Below, one piece after another: positions 19,818 to 30,005 of a stretch of 64,000 bases of DNA. A program made the translations under genes and the position numbers. The stretch is from a virus, in IMG/VR virus record IMGVR_UViG_3300034166_000560, one strand, 5' to 3'. The notes below the pieces were generated by a model. That model worked only from the letters and a program-made list of their open reading frames with translations. It was not told the DNA's origin and searched no databases. How positions within the stretch are numbered: the first letter of the stretch is position 1; each line of letters opens with the position of its first letter.

Positions 19818-20407
19818 TACACTGTTAACCTTGTTGTCTTGACTGTTAATGGTGTCACAGCTGTATTAACATATAGTCTTACAGTACCAGCGCTAATATT
19901 AGCATTAAATACAACGAATGTGGTGTTAGAACCTATCGTAGCATATTCTGTAGAATAAACGCCAGATCCATCCTGTACCAAAGTTATTTTGGTTGCCATA
20001 ACTTTGCTGTTAGAAGAATCGTTTACAGCGATAACGTAGTCGGCAGCGGAATAATCAGCTGCAGAAAATGAGTCAATAAGAGTCCAACCTGTAGAAGAAA
20101 CAGCTGTAGTTATTTTGGATCCGCCAGTTTCCACCCAACTTCCGTTAGCGTTTAGGTAATATTTTCCAGCATTCTGAATAGTTGAGTTGGCAGGAATAAT
20201 AGCTACGTTGACAGAAGAGTTACCAACAGAAACAACGTTAGCAGTAAATGTGCCGCTAAGAACAGCGTTACCAGAAGTAACGTTATTATTTCCGGTGCTA
20301 TCAGAAGTTAATACAGCGCCAGAAGTATGATACGCTAATTCGTTTACTCTATTAATAAAGTATTCCCAAGTATTCGTATTGGCGGTATTAGCTACTGTAA
20401 TTGACAT
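19817..20407 (-). CDS. Virion structural/fibre-associated protein
   Basis: C-terminal YSAADYVIAV..KITLVQDGSGVYSTEYATIG domain; N/S/T-rich. Confidence 0.65.
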   Translation of the reverse strand: MSITVANTANTNTWEYFINRVNELAYHTSGAVLTSDSTGNNNVTSGNAVLSGTFTANVVSVGNSSVNVAIIPANSTIQNAGKYYLNANGSWVETGGSKITTAVSSTGWTLIDSFSAADYSAADYVIAVNDSSNSKVMATKITLVQDGSGVYSTEYATIGSNTTFVVFNANISAGTVRLYVNTAVTPLTVKTTRLTV

Positions 20408-20410
20408 GTA

Positions 20411-20611
20411 TTATTTTCCGTTTTCTACCAGCTGCAGTAAAAGATTCTTAACTTCGTCTATGCTAGACTCAATTTTCTTAATTCTATCTTCATGAGTGGT
20501 TACATTTCTCATGATTTCCCTTTGACGTTTATAAGCAGCCAATCCAGTATTATCCACATTTATCAGAGCGCCTGGATTGTTTTTCTGTCTAATGTACTCT
20601 TTAGTTTCCAT
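20411..20611 (-). CDS. Small coiled-coil protein
   Basis: GALINVDNTGLAAYKRQR..IDEVKNLLLQL; coupled to neighbours. Confidence 0.65.
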   Translation of the reverse strand: METKEYIRQKNNPGALINVDNTGLAAYKRQREIMRNVTTHEDRIKKIESSIDEVKNLLLQLVENGK

Positions 20612-20614
20612 TTA

Positions 20615-23600
20615 TTACACCATTAGGGCTATGCCACGAAGATCGTCAATCTTAGGTACAAAGACTCCGCTTGTACTTAGTAGAACGATTTTGATGGCGA
20701 AAGTTTTATAATCAATATATCTAGCGCCAGAGTCATTGTAATACTCAATCTGACCAAAATTAGCAGCGTTAGCAAATGCTCTGTTAACACGAGGACCAGA
20801 AATAGTATGAACTTCTCCTGCGCCAGTTCTTGACTCAGTCAAATTAACGTTAGCGCCGCCTGGAGTGTTTGCCAGAGCAATTGCCGAAGAATTAGCAAAA
20901 GAGATATAATAATAACTATTTGCTGTTAGTCCACCAATTGCAGTGTTTGATGCTGGTACAGCGTAGTATACCTTATCGCCCACAGTAAATGTAGAATTAG
21001 CAGCTTCAAGAGCAATTGTTTCGTTTGTATTGCTTACACCAGTTGTATTAGCTGTAATGTTATACGAAGAATAACCTACAGATGTTGGAAGAGTATAAAC
21101 AAATTCCTTGAAATCAAAACGATCGATCGGGCTGCAATATAGCTCGGCGCTATCGTTTGTCATTTTTGTCCATGCCTTATCTTGTAGACCTTCTGGATCT
21201 GAAGAAGATAGGTATTTGACATAAACTTCAACGTCAGTGTTATATGGACGATATGCTGATAGATATAGTTTCATATCTTCAGAATCCTGACCATCAGCTA
21301 GAACAATTGGCTGGCTGATGTAACGACATACAGCGTTACCGTTTCCAGTGTCTTCGCCATAGCTGCTGAAGTTGATTGTGTTATTAAGAATCTTTACGCC
21401 TTTTCTTGAAATATCAATAGCTGGCGAAACATACTTCTGAACACAAGTTAGTTCGTTCTTAATAGTTACAGATTTATCTGTTCCTAGAATTCCAGGCTCG
21501 TTTGAACGGCTGTAAACAACTCTTTCGTAGTCTAGCATTTCTCTTTCAACATCGAAATCTAGAGCGTTGTAATCTGTATCAACGACTCCTGAATTAGAAG
21601 AGCCTTTGAACGAAGTTGTTATTGCTGTGCCAAGAGGAGTAATAGTTGAGAATCTTGGAACAATTGCATGATACGCTTTATTATCAATGGTCGAAATAGT
21701 AGCAGTAGCAATCAATGTATTTGAATTTGCTGATGCTTCTGCAGTATTTCCAGCAGTTCTGAATCTGAAGAAACCAATCTTCTGACCAGCCGCAAAAGTT
21801 CCAGTAGAACTATCAAGTATCATCTGATTATTTGCGATATCAATTGACTGAAGCGAACCATGAATTAATGCTGGGCTATTAATAATAGCGTTTGAAGAAG
21901 CATTAATTACATAAACTTCATCGCCACCAGCGGAAGATGGAATAACCAAAGAGTTAGCCAAAGCGACACCAGTATATGTAATATACTCGTCGTTTTCGTT
22001 GTTAAAATATGCCTGACCTGTACCAACAGTAAAGTTAGCAACGTAAAGGTTGAACTTTACGTCCTCTCTTGGTAGAGCTGTCCAAGTTCTGGCGTTTGAT
22101 GAACGGAATGATTCGCCAGTATATGGATTTAGACCAATCTGCGATTTAGTTGTTACGTCGAAATCGCCAAGCTCTGCAACCCACATTCTATAATCTGGGC
22201 TGCTTGATTCTGGTTCTACCCAGAAGGCGTAATCAGTGTTACCAGATAGATAAATTGGCTCGTTGAACGTAAAGGTTGTAGCTACGTTAGCTGTATCAGA
22301 AACATTAACATTATTAGCATCGAGACGACCCCAACCATAAATCTTATTGTTGTCTGGTAGCCCAGCGTTCATTCCACAGACAACGACACGAATACCGTCG
22401 TTCTGATCTTTAGACTTGAAGAACAGATCAACCTTAGTTGCGAAAACGCCGCTTTCTTGTTGTGGTGATTCTACCTTGAATGACTGAGCGATAGGATCAC
22501 GGAAATAAGTTGTTGTGTAGTTATAGGCATAGCAAGTTCTTACATCAGGAGTAATAGTTGTGATTGTTGCTTCTTGACTTGTTGTTGTAATATTACTTGC
22601 AACATAAGTCCCTGATGCCTTAGAAAGAGCAGCATCGTCGCCGTAAACCAAGCTATCAGTGTCCATAACCATGAATCTTCTCTCACCAACACGGAACTGG
22701 TTGGCAGGAATATTGAAGACGCCGAATACGTTACCAAATTGGTCTGAGTAAATTGGATCGCCAAAGTTTGCAGTTCTTTTAACAACAGCGGCTGGATTTG
22801 TTGTCTGCGCTGCTGCAGATACTATAGCTGAAGTAGTAATTCCTAGACCAACATTAAGAGTTCCTGCTGCACAATAGGCGTCAACAGGGGTCTCGTCAAA
22901 ATAACAATACATTCTTGACGAAGGCTTAACGCCAGTAGCAATAAATGCGATTGTCTTAGACTTAATATATGGCTGAACAGCAATATCAGTTAGGAACTTG
23001 CCTAGCTCCACAGTATTAGTCATTGGAACATACCAATGAGTTGTTACTAGCTGTTGCCAATAAGTTGTTTGACCTGAATAGATATTACCAGTCTGAGCGT
23101 AAACTTGCCATGGTCCGTAATGTGAACCCCAGATGTTACCAGCTTCGCCCAATTCTACGAATGGCTGCATCAAATCTAAAACAGCATCAGCGTTCGGAAT
23201 CTGAGTTTCATCTTTATTCATATCATAATTTGGATAAAGATTTAGAGTTCCATTCCAAGACCAAATATCTTGGTTGTTGTTTCTAAATTTCGTAGCATAT
23301 GGCTGTAGAATATATGCTTCGTGAGTGTATGGTCTAGTAACAAGTTTACCAGTTAATGTTACACCAGTGCTTGTGGTATTGTTATATGCTAGATCAATAT
23401 CGTATTGAGAATATGTTGGACGACCGTGACCGTAACGAACATCAATCGACCATCTGTATCCAGGATCGTCTGCCTGAGCGAACAGGTGAGAAGTCATAGG
23501 ATCAGCAAATATACCGTTCTTGAAACGATTTAGACCAGCAGCGTCTGGAACCTGGATATTCTGTGTTTTCTGTTCCAACTGGTTTAGAGTTGTATAATAT

Positions 23601-26600
23601 TCTAGTCTCTTAATTCTCTGATCAAGCTGTCCAATATCCTTCATAGTATAAACTCTATTTGAAGTGATAGTGGTTCTTACAGCTAGATCTTTTCTCTTGT
23701 AAGTTTCAAGTTCACGAGCATTTAGAGTTGGGAACGGAGCAACGTTAGCTGCTGCGATAACCATAGAATCAATTTCAGGATTTGGATTCTTTGGATCTTC
23801 TGAAGGAACGCCTTGAATAACACCAAGCTGACCAGACTGGCTGATAGTGATAAGATCCATACGCCCTAGGAAGTATTCGATATCAGCCTGGAAATTAGAA
23901 TCAGGCTCTGATAGATATGAGAATGTTCCGCTAATGAATGAGTTAGTTGTGGCTGGATTTACAGTGGCCCCAGCCATAGTGGTTGAACTGTTAGCAGTAT
24001 TGGCTTTATACGCACGGAAATCTACTGAATCTCTTAGATCGTAAGTAGAGCTTCCAGTTTTATAAGTTGGTATTTCAGCCCAAGAAATAGTTGTATTGTT
24101 TACTGCTGAATTTGTAGTTGGATAAGAATCTACAGAGAAGAATCCAATACCGTTGTTTAGATTAGCAGTGAAGTGATCGACTTCGACTGTTAGATATGGA
24201 GTTGAAGCAAGATATCCAGTATATTCTGGTCTTAATATAAGAGTTCCGTGATCATAGTAATCATCTTTTTGACCAGAAGACAACACGAAATATCTTGTAA
24301 TATTTTCGGCTGTTGTATTTGAGTAAGAAGAATTCGTTGAACCCCAAACATTTCTTAACTTGATAACATCAGGAAGACCAAGAATCCATGGCCCTGTAAA
24401 CCCAGAAGCGTTATTTGCTAGGTTTAGCTTAACATATCTATTTTTATTGACGTCTTTTTTAGCCTGTGTTGCTTGACTTCTTCTCATCTTATACTGAACT
24501 GTCATAGCAGTTGTAGATGTAGTCAATGGAAGAGAAGAATTAGCAGAACCAGTGCTAATATCGAAAGTTGTAGAGCTAGTGATATTTACGTAACGACTAC
24601 CTGGATAAGTTGCATCTAGAGGAACTTCATATCCAACTGGATAGAACTTAGCAACATTTGCAGAAGCATTAGTTACGGTACAATTTGCATTTAAGGTCAT
24701 AACAGTGCTATTTGTAGAAACAATTCTACGATAATCCACTGTTCCGGAACCACCAGAGAAAATCTTAATATATTCGCCGTTAGCAAAATAAGTTGTTAGA
24801 TTTGTGCCAGTAAGAGTAGTAGTTGTGCTACTTACACCAAAAGAACCACCAATGTTGATAGTAGTAGCGTTTGCTTTGAATGTTACAATAAATTCATTTT
24901 CTAGCGTATCACCAAGTTGGAATGGATAAGACCCTTGATAGCCAAGAGTGTCTGTTCCACCAGCATAAGAAGAATTTGATGTTACAGAAAGAATACCAAG
25001 ATTTGATAGATTGGCAGTTGATGTTGCTCTGAAATAGAACTCAGAAGCATTAACAGCGCCATTTGAACTTCTAAGAGTTCTTAATGCCTTTTTACCAAAT
25101 GGGAATACTAGATTAGTTCTACCGCTTTGATTTAGAAACGCAGTTGTAGAAGAGTTAGCAATATCAGCACGGAATTCGCCATATGTATTAATTGACGAAT
25201 TGGCGATAATAGCTTTGGCGTCGTTCATGAAGCTCTTGCCGCTATTCATTGCAATATCAGTCAAGTAAATACGGTAAGTTGTTCCTGGAAGACCTGGATC
25301 GCCTTCATCATGAACGACCTGTTTTACCTTGGCGGTGCCGATCTTAGAACCATTCAAAGTGTAATCTGCTACACCAACAGAGATAGTTGACTGCTGAGTG
25401 TCATAAAGATCTACAGTAATGAAGTTAGAAAAGTCAAGCGCACCCATAACTTCATTTGCATATACGAAGTTGCCATAGTTTGTAGTGATTACCTGAGAGT
25501 TTGCTTCTCTTGTAGTGATAGCCTTATCGGTGTCAACTTTAAGAGAAGAAATAAAATCTACTCGTTTACCATGAACGTAGCCTGTGCCTGTTGAAACTTC
25601 ATAGGCAAAAGCGTCTGTGTTTGAGGTGTTGGCTGCATAAGTTGCTTCCACCTGGAATGGTTTGGTTACATAATCACCAGATTCTTCGAAAGTTCTGGTG
25701 TTAAGAAAATCACCAAGAACAGAATATGGATCTGATTCTCTGTTTAGAACGATTTCATTGGTGATATTTGAAAATTCGAAAGCAATAAAGAATGATTCGT
25801 TATTTGCTACTTCTGTTCTTAGTCTTGAAACCAACGTTGGTGTCAACTTTAGACGATGCGCTCCGGGAGCGTTTTCGTTAGAATAACCAAGGGCGTTATC
25901 TAATAGTGATGTGTCTTCGTTTTCTGTTACAATTGATTCAGCTGTCTCGAACCCTACAACATATCCAGAAACGTTTGTACTATAATCACTTACGACTACT
26001 GTCTGTTGGTTAACCTTTTGGAAGAAACCTTTTTGGAACACCCAACCATCTTCGATTGTTAATCCATATCCCTTACCAACAGCGTTAACAGAGGTGTTTG
26101 TTGAAATAACGTAAATTGAATTGATTAAATTGTTAGCGTCAATAACACCGAGTTTAGATTGATTTTCGTCGTAAATATTAATCAATTCGCCATTAGCGAA
26201 TGTAGTGTTTCCGTTAATACCAGTGTTTAAGTATTTTAAATGAAAACGATTAGTGTCTGGATAATTAACTTCTAGGCCAGCTGTGGTAACCATAGCCACA
26301 GCTCTAACGTTTGAAGACTGACCTACAAGAAGGCACTGATTGTTTACAGAAGTAAATACAGCGTTAGCGTTAGCAGTGAAATTGTCAGCTACACGAACGA
26401 AATCGAAACTCTTAATTGTGGTTGGCGCACACCCGTCTACCACGCTACCGTCGCTAAGAATTCTATTACCAAATTTGTCAATTTGGTTTTGGAGCATGGT
26501 CTGAACTTGTGTTAGCTCACGAGCCTGAACCGCTACAGTTGGGCGGAAAAGAATTCTATAATACTGCTTATTTTCGTTATAATCGTCGAAATAAGGGGAA

Positions 26601-26626
26601 GTATTGAAATCAGTTTCTAAAGGCAT
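20615..26626 (-). CDS. Large virion structural protein (VrlC/DUF4815-like)
   Basis: SPYFDDY..YYRILFRP..VQARELTQVQTMLQNQI, NENAPGAHRLK, RTFEESGDY, NRFKNGIFAD, DPIAQSF motifs. Confidence 0.85.
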   Translation of the reverse strand: MPLETDFNTSPYFDDYNENKQYYRILFRPTVAVQARELTQVQTMLQNQIDKFGNRILSDGSVVDGCAPTTIKSFDFVRVADNFTANANAVFTSVNNQCLLVGQSSNVRAVAMVTTAGLEVNYPDTNRFHLKYLNTGINGNTTFANGELINIYDENQSKLGVIDANNLINSIYVISTNTSVNAVGKGYGLTIEDGWVFQKGFFQKVNQQTVVVSDYSTNVSGYVVGFETAESIVTENEDTSLLDNALGYSNENAPGAHRLKLTPTLVSRLRTEVANNESFFIAFEFSNITNEIVLNRESDPYSVLGDFLNTRTFEESGDYVTKPFQVEATYAANTSNTDAFAYEVSTGTGYVHGKRVDFISSLKVDTDKAITTREANSQVITTNYGNFVYANEVMGALDFSNFITVDLYDTQQSTISVGVADYTLNGSKIGTAKVKQVVHDEGDPGLPGTTYRIYLTDIAMNSGKSFMNDAKAIIANSSINTYGEFRADIANSSTTAFLNQSGRTNLVFPFGKKALRTLRSSNGAVNASEFYFRATSTANLSNLGILSVTSNSSYAGGTDTLGYQGSYPFQLGDTLENEFIVTFKANATTINIGGSFGVSSTTTTLTGTNLTTYFANGEYIKIFSGGSGTVDYRRIVSTNSTVMTLNANCTVTNASANVAKFYPVGYEVPLDATYPGSRYVNITSSTTFDISTGSANSSLPLTTSTTAMTVQYKMRRSQATQAKKDVNKNRYVKLNLANNASGFTGPWILGLPDVIKLRNVWGSTNSSYSNTTAENITRYFVLSSGQKDDYYDHGTLILRPEYTGYLASTPYLTVEVDHFTANLNNGIGFFSVDSYPTTNSAVNNTTISWAEIPTYKTGSSTYDLRDSVDFRAYKANTANSSTTMAGATVNPATTNSFISGTFSYLSEPDSNFQADIEYFLGRMDLITISQSGQLGVIQGVPSEDPKNPNPEIDSMVIAAANVAPFPTLNARELETYKRKDLAVRTTITSNRVYTMKDIGQLDQRIKRLEYYTTLNQLEQKTQNIQVPDAAGLNRFKNGIFADPMTSHLFAQADDPGYRWSIDVRYGHGRPTYSQYDIDLAYNNTTSTGVTLTGKLVTRPYTHEAYILQPYATKFRNNNQDIWSWNGTLNLYPNYDMNKDETQIPNADAVLDLMQPFVELGEAGNIWGSHYGPWQVYAQTGNIYSGQTTYWQQLVTTHWYVPMTNTVELGKFLTDIAVQPYIKSKTIAFIATGVKPSSRMYCYFDETPVDAYCAAGTLNVGLGITTSAIVSAAAQTTNPAAVVKRTANFGDPIYSDQFGNVFGVFNIPANQFRVGERRFMVMDTDSLVYGDDAALSKASGTYVASNITTTSQEATITTITPDVRTCYAYNYTTTYFRDPIAQSFKVESPQQESGVFATKVDLFFKSKDQNDGIRVVVCGMNAGLPDNNKIYGWGRLDANNVNVSDTANVATTFTFNEPIYLSGNTDYAFWVEPESSSPDYRMWVAELGDFDVTTKSQIGLNPYTGESFRSSNARTWTALPREDVKFNLYVANFTVGTGQAYFNNENDEYITYTGVALANSLVIPSSAGGDEVYVINASSNAIINSPALIHGSLQSIDIANNQMILDSSTGTFAAGQKIGFFRFRTAGNTAEASANSNTLIATATISTIDNKAYHAIVPRFSTITPLGTAITTSFKGSSNSGVVDTDYNALDFDVEREMLDYERVVYSRSNEPGILGTDKSVTIKNELTCVQKYVSPAIDISRKGVKILNNTINFSSYGEDTGNGNAVCRYISQPIVLADGQDSEDMKLYLSAYRPYNTDVEVYVKYLSSSDPEGLQDKAWTKMTNDSAELYCSPIDRFDFKEFVYTLPTSVGYSSYNITANTTGVSNTNETIALEAANSTFTVGDKVYYAVPASNTAIGGLTANSYYYISFANSSAIALANTPGGANVNLTESRTGAGEVHTISGPRVNRAFANAANFGQIEYYNDSGARYIDYKTFAIKIVLLSTSGVFVPKIDDLRGIALMV

Positions 26627-26643
26627 ATTCGGCTAACCCTATC

Positions 26644-28200
26644 TTATAATTTGATTACCAGTCTAAATGTTTCTGACTGCGTATTTGAACGTTCTGTGTT
26701 ATTTATGTTCTGCACGTAAAGGGGATATAAATCTTCTACGAAAATATCGCCTCTACTTTCGATGGCTATAGAAGTCACAATCTGATTATTTGTATTTAAT
26801 ATATTTTCACCATCGATAAAATATTTATCACCGACATAATGAACTGTCGAACCGTTAGACCAGACGACAGTTGCTCTAGCTTTGCTGTTTGCTCCAATAA
26901 TTACGTCTGCATTACTGAAAGTATATGCTGGAGTACAGGTAGATATTTGGATCTGACTGAACGTATTTGAGCTATATCTAGAACCTTTAGATTGATTGTT
27001 TGCGATCAACGAGTAAGGATTCTTTATCAAACCAATTTTGTTGTAAACAACATTCGAAGAAATAGTATTAGACTCAGTATTAGCAAAAGTAAAAGAGATA
27101 GAAATCCCTTGCATGCCTAATTCTGTTGCTGGATCTCTTCCATGACCACCAGGAGGAGGAACGATCGGATAAACCGTGGCCCCGGAACCATAAGAAGAAT
27201 TACTTACAACAACTGCATTAGCCCAAGTAATCGAAGAGCCTTTATCAAGAACAACAACGCCAGAAATAGAATTGGTAACAGTGTTTACTGTAGTGTAAGC
27301 CGTAGGGTTATTACCAGAAGCAGTGTCGCTCGTAAATAAAATTCTAGGAGAAATTTTATACAGAGAAGCTCCTGCGGTAAGAGCAGTAGTGTTAGCTGCA
27401 GAATCAAGAATTACAGTTCTAACGGGACCGTTTACTGTATAGCCAGTAATGTTAAAAATCTGGTATGCATTATTAGAAGAACTGTATAGATAAATGCTGT
27501 TATTTACATAATGACCTGGACTGATAGATGCATTAGATTCAATAACGAGAGCTGTTGAATTGGTGATGCCTTGTAAAGTCCCATTATGGTAAGTTTCGTA
27601 ACCTGCACCAACGTTAGAAACAACCACAGTTTCGATTCCTGAATACGTTAAAGACGCAGCTTGGATTGTGGTGTTTGGATATACAGGAGCGTAGTGGGTT
27701 GTAGAGAACCTATCAAAATCTTCTGTAGAAACAGAAGTCAAATAACGCCATTTATAACCATCTTCTGTTGTTTCGAATGTAGTTGATTGAGTTGGTGTTC
27801 CAATCGAAGAAGGGTTTTTAATAGAAGCTGCACCGTTAGCGTTATCTATGCACTTATACACATGATAAGCCCCGCCGATAGCTGTAGGCGGAGCAATAAC
27901 ATAAAACATACTATTGGCCATATCTTTAGTATTGTCGTATCTATCGTAAACGGTGTTTGATGTCCAAACATATTTTTTAACAATAGATGAAAAATTATTA
28001 GCTAATAATCTTTTTCCAAAATGCATTTGCCAATCGTTTTCAAAATACACATCATAATCTGTATTAGCTAAAGTTGGTGTATCTCCTGGCCATGGTTCTG
28101 CGCCAGCAGCAAATGCATAATAATGAGAAGTATTTGATGAAATATTATCAACAATTTCGTCAAAAATAGATTTTCTGAATGATGATGTAAGTTTACCCAT
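26644..28200 (-). CDS. gp8: Baseplate wedge subunit
   Basis: WTSNTVYDRYD, VYKCIDN, DGYKWRYL, PPGGHG, C-terminal RSNTQSETFRLVI. Confidence 0.85.
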   Translation of the reverse strand: MGKLTSSFRKSIFDEIVDNISSNTSHYYAFAAGAEPWPGDTPTLANTDYDVYFENDWQMHFGKRLLANNFSSIVKKYVWTSNTVYDRYDNTKDMANSMFYVIAPPTAIGGAYHVYKCIDNANGAASIKNPSSIGTPTQSTTFETTEDGYKWRYLTSVSTEDFDRFSTTHYAPVYPNTTIQAASLTYSGIETVVVSNVGAGYETYHNGTLQGITNSTALVIESNASISPGHYVNNSIYLYSSSNNAYQIFNITGYTVNGPVRTVILDSAANTTALTAGASLYKISPRILFTSDTASGNNPTAYTTVNTVTNSISGVVVLDKGSSITWANAVVVSNSSYGSGATVYPIVPPPGGHGRDPATELGMQGISISFTFANTESNTISSNVVYNKIGLIKNPYSLIANNQSKGSRYSSNTFSQIQISTCTPAYTFSNADVIIGANSKARATVVWSNGSTVHYVGDKYFIDGENILNTNNQIVTSIAIESRGDIFVEDLYPLYVQNINNTERSNTQSETFRLVIKL

Positions 28201-29990
28201 TATTTAACGTCCGTTAGGTATGAACCATACATATTTGTTCCATCGCTTATAAACATTATAATATCTCTAGCGTTAGCATCGGTAGTTAACACTGGAGCCA
28301 CTCCAGCCGTCCATTTGAACACAGAATTCCATGTCAATGATTTGTTTCCAGTACCATCTTGGATGACATGAAGTATATAAGTTCCAATCTTAAGATTGGT
28401 TGGCGCCGCCATGGCTCTGTTCCCGCCAAGAGTTACAGTGGCTACTTGCCCCGAAGATGTATCCCAATTAATAGTAGATGCATCTGTTAGGGTTTGAGAG
28501 AGAACATTGGCTTGGGCGACACTAACTGTTCCCTTAAAAATAGTATTGGCGTTGAAATTAGATACACCATTGCAATTAACCACACCAGTAAAAGTGGAAT
28601 TACCAGTAACATTTAAATTACCAGCAACATTAGCTGTGTTAGAAAGGATAGCAGCCCCAACTACCGAAATAGTATTACTAAAATATGTTGCTTTGGTAAA
28701 TGAAGCGTTTGATGTAAAAGAAACGTTTCCATTAAATGTAGCAGTGTTATTGAACGCCGCCGTTCCAACAATGTTAGCAGAAGCTGTGTTTTCTATCAAT
28801 ACGTTTGCAGCGAAAGAAGTTATGTTTGATATATAAACTGGGCCAAGGGTGTATAAATTAGTGTTTGTGACAACGTTGGCGGCAAAAACAACATTTCCAT
28901 TAAATGTAGCAGAATTGCTCCAAGTATAAGTTGCGTTTGTATTAACGCCAGGAACAGTAGACCAATAAACTGTAGAACCATTAGAAGTAAGTAGCTGACC
29001 TGATGTGCCTACGCTACCATTCGCTTCAAGCGTGATAGTGCTTGGAATTTTGAATATCGAAGAGTTTACTGTAACATTTCCGACAGTAACCGAAACTGCA
29101 TTAACAGTGTTTGCTTGGATATCTTTATTAAAGATATGAGTGTTCGACCAAACAAAATAACCAGCAGTGTTAACAGAGGCAACGCCTGGAGAAGACCAAT
29201 AAACCTTTGAACTTCCATCAGAAGTTAGATACTGCCCTGCAGTACCAGTACTACCATTGGCTTCAACGGGTAATGCGCTTCCAAACGAGAACTGGGAACT
29301 GTTGACAACGAGTTTACCGCCAACCTGAAGTATAGCAGCATTAGCTGTTCCTGAAGTGAACACGCCAGTGCTATTAGCAACTGTGCTAGTTCCAACAGTA
29401 TGGGAAGCAGCGTTTACTGTCCCTGTATGATAAGCACCAGTAGAATTAGCAACGAAATTAGAGCCAACAGTGTGCGATGCAGAATTGATCGTTCCTGTAT
29501 GGTAGATACCAGTGCTATTGCCAACAAGACTAGAACCGACTGTATGAGAAGCTGCATTAATTACTCCTGTGTGATAAACGCCTGAAGCATTACCAACAAG
29601 GTCTGAACCTACAGTAAAAGATGAGGCATTAGCCGAACCGTTTACAGTAAGAACTGTGGAATTTACGAATAGATACTGGGCTACGTTTAATAGACCACTG
29701 ATATTTACGTTTGCTGCAGCGTTAACAAGGGAAGAATTAACGCTGAAGTTCGTAATAGCAATTCTACTATTATTAGCTGTGAACGTGGCGGTAGAGTTAC
29801 CGAAATAATAACCAACTGCATTAGATACAGAAGCATTGACAGTAGAATTACCGACTGTAACCATACCAGTCATAGTGTATGTGGTATATATTTCAGTAAA
29901 ATTATTATTGATCTTGATCATACCGTTTCGAACGGTATCACCAGTTCCATCGTTTGGCGCTGAACCTACGTTAACAACCTGTTGTACCAA
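28200..29990 (-). CDS. Baseplate-anchored fibre with gp9/gp10-like N-terminus (TTG start)
   Basis: VNVGSAPNDGTGDTVRNGMIKINNNF is the gp9/gp10 N-terminal motif; ASHTVG repeats; C-terminal domain shared with 12736..14982. Confidence 0.8.
   Translation of the reverse strand: MVQQVVNVGSAPNDGTGDTVRNGMIKINNNFTEIYTTYTMTGMVTVGNSTVNASVSNAVGYYFGNSTATFTANNSRIAITNFSVNSSLVNAAANVNISGLLNVAQYLFVNSTVLTVNGSANASSFTVGSDLVGNASGVYHTGVINAASHTVGSSLVGNSTGIYHTGTINSASHTVGSNFVANSTGAYHTGTVNAASHTVGTSTVANSTGVFTSGTANAAILQVGGKLVVNSSQFSFGSALPVEANGSTGTAGQYLTSDGSSKVYWSSPGVASVNTAGYFVWSNTHIFNKDIQANTVNAVSVTVGNVTVNSSIFKIPSTITLEANGSVGTSGQLLTSNGSTVYWSTVPGVNTNATYTWSNSATFNGNVVFAANVVTNTNLYTLGPVYISNITSFAANVLIENTASANIVGTAAFNNTATFNGNVSFTSNASFTKATYFSNTISVVGAAILSNTANVAGNLNVTGNSTFTGVVNCNGVSNFNANTIFKGTVSVAQANVLSQTLTDASTINWDTSSGQVATVTLGGNRAMAAPTNLKIGTYILHVIQDGTGNKSLTWNSVFKWTAGVAPVLTTDANARDIIMFISDGTNMYGSYLTDVK
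29370..29620 (-). repeat. Coding repeat of about 21 aa (ASHTVGSxxVxNSTGxYHTG, about 4 copies)
   Basis: Visible in the translation. Confidence 0.75.
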
Positions 29991-30005
29991 TTTCTATCCC
30001 CTTAA

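Noticed and set aside
12736-28530. Duplicated fibre C-termini as a DGR template/variable repeat pair
   Set aside because: Differences are not adenine-specific, both copies are coding, and no reverse transcriptase is in the window
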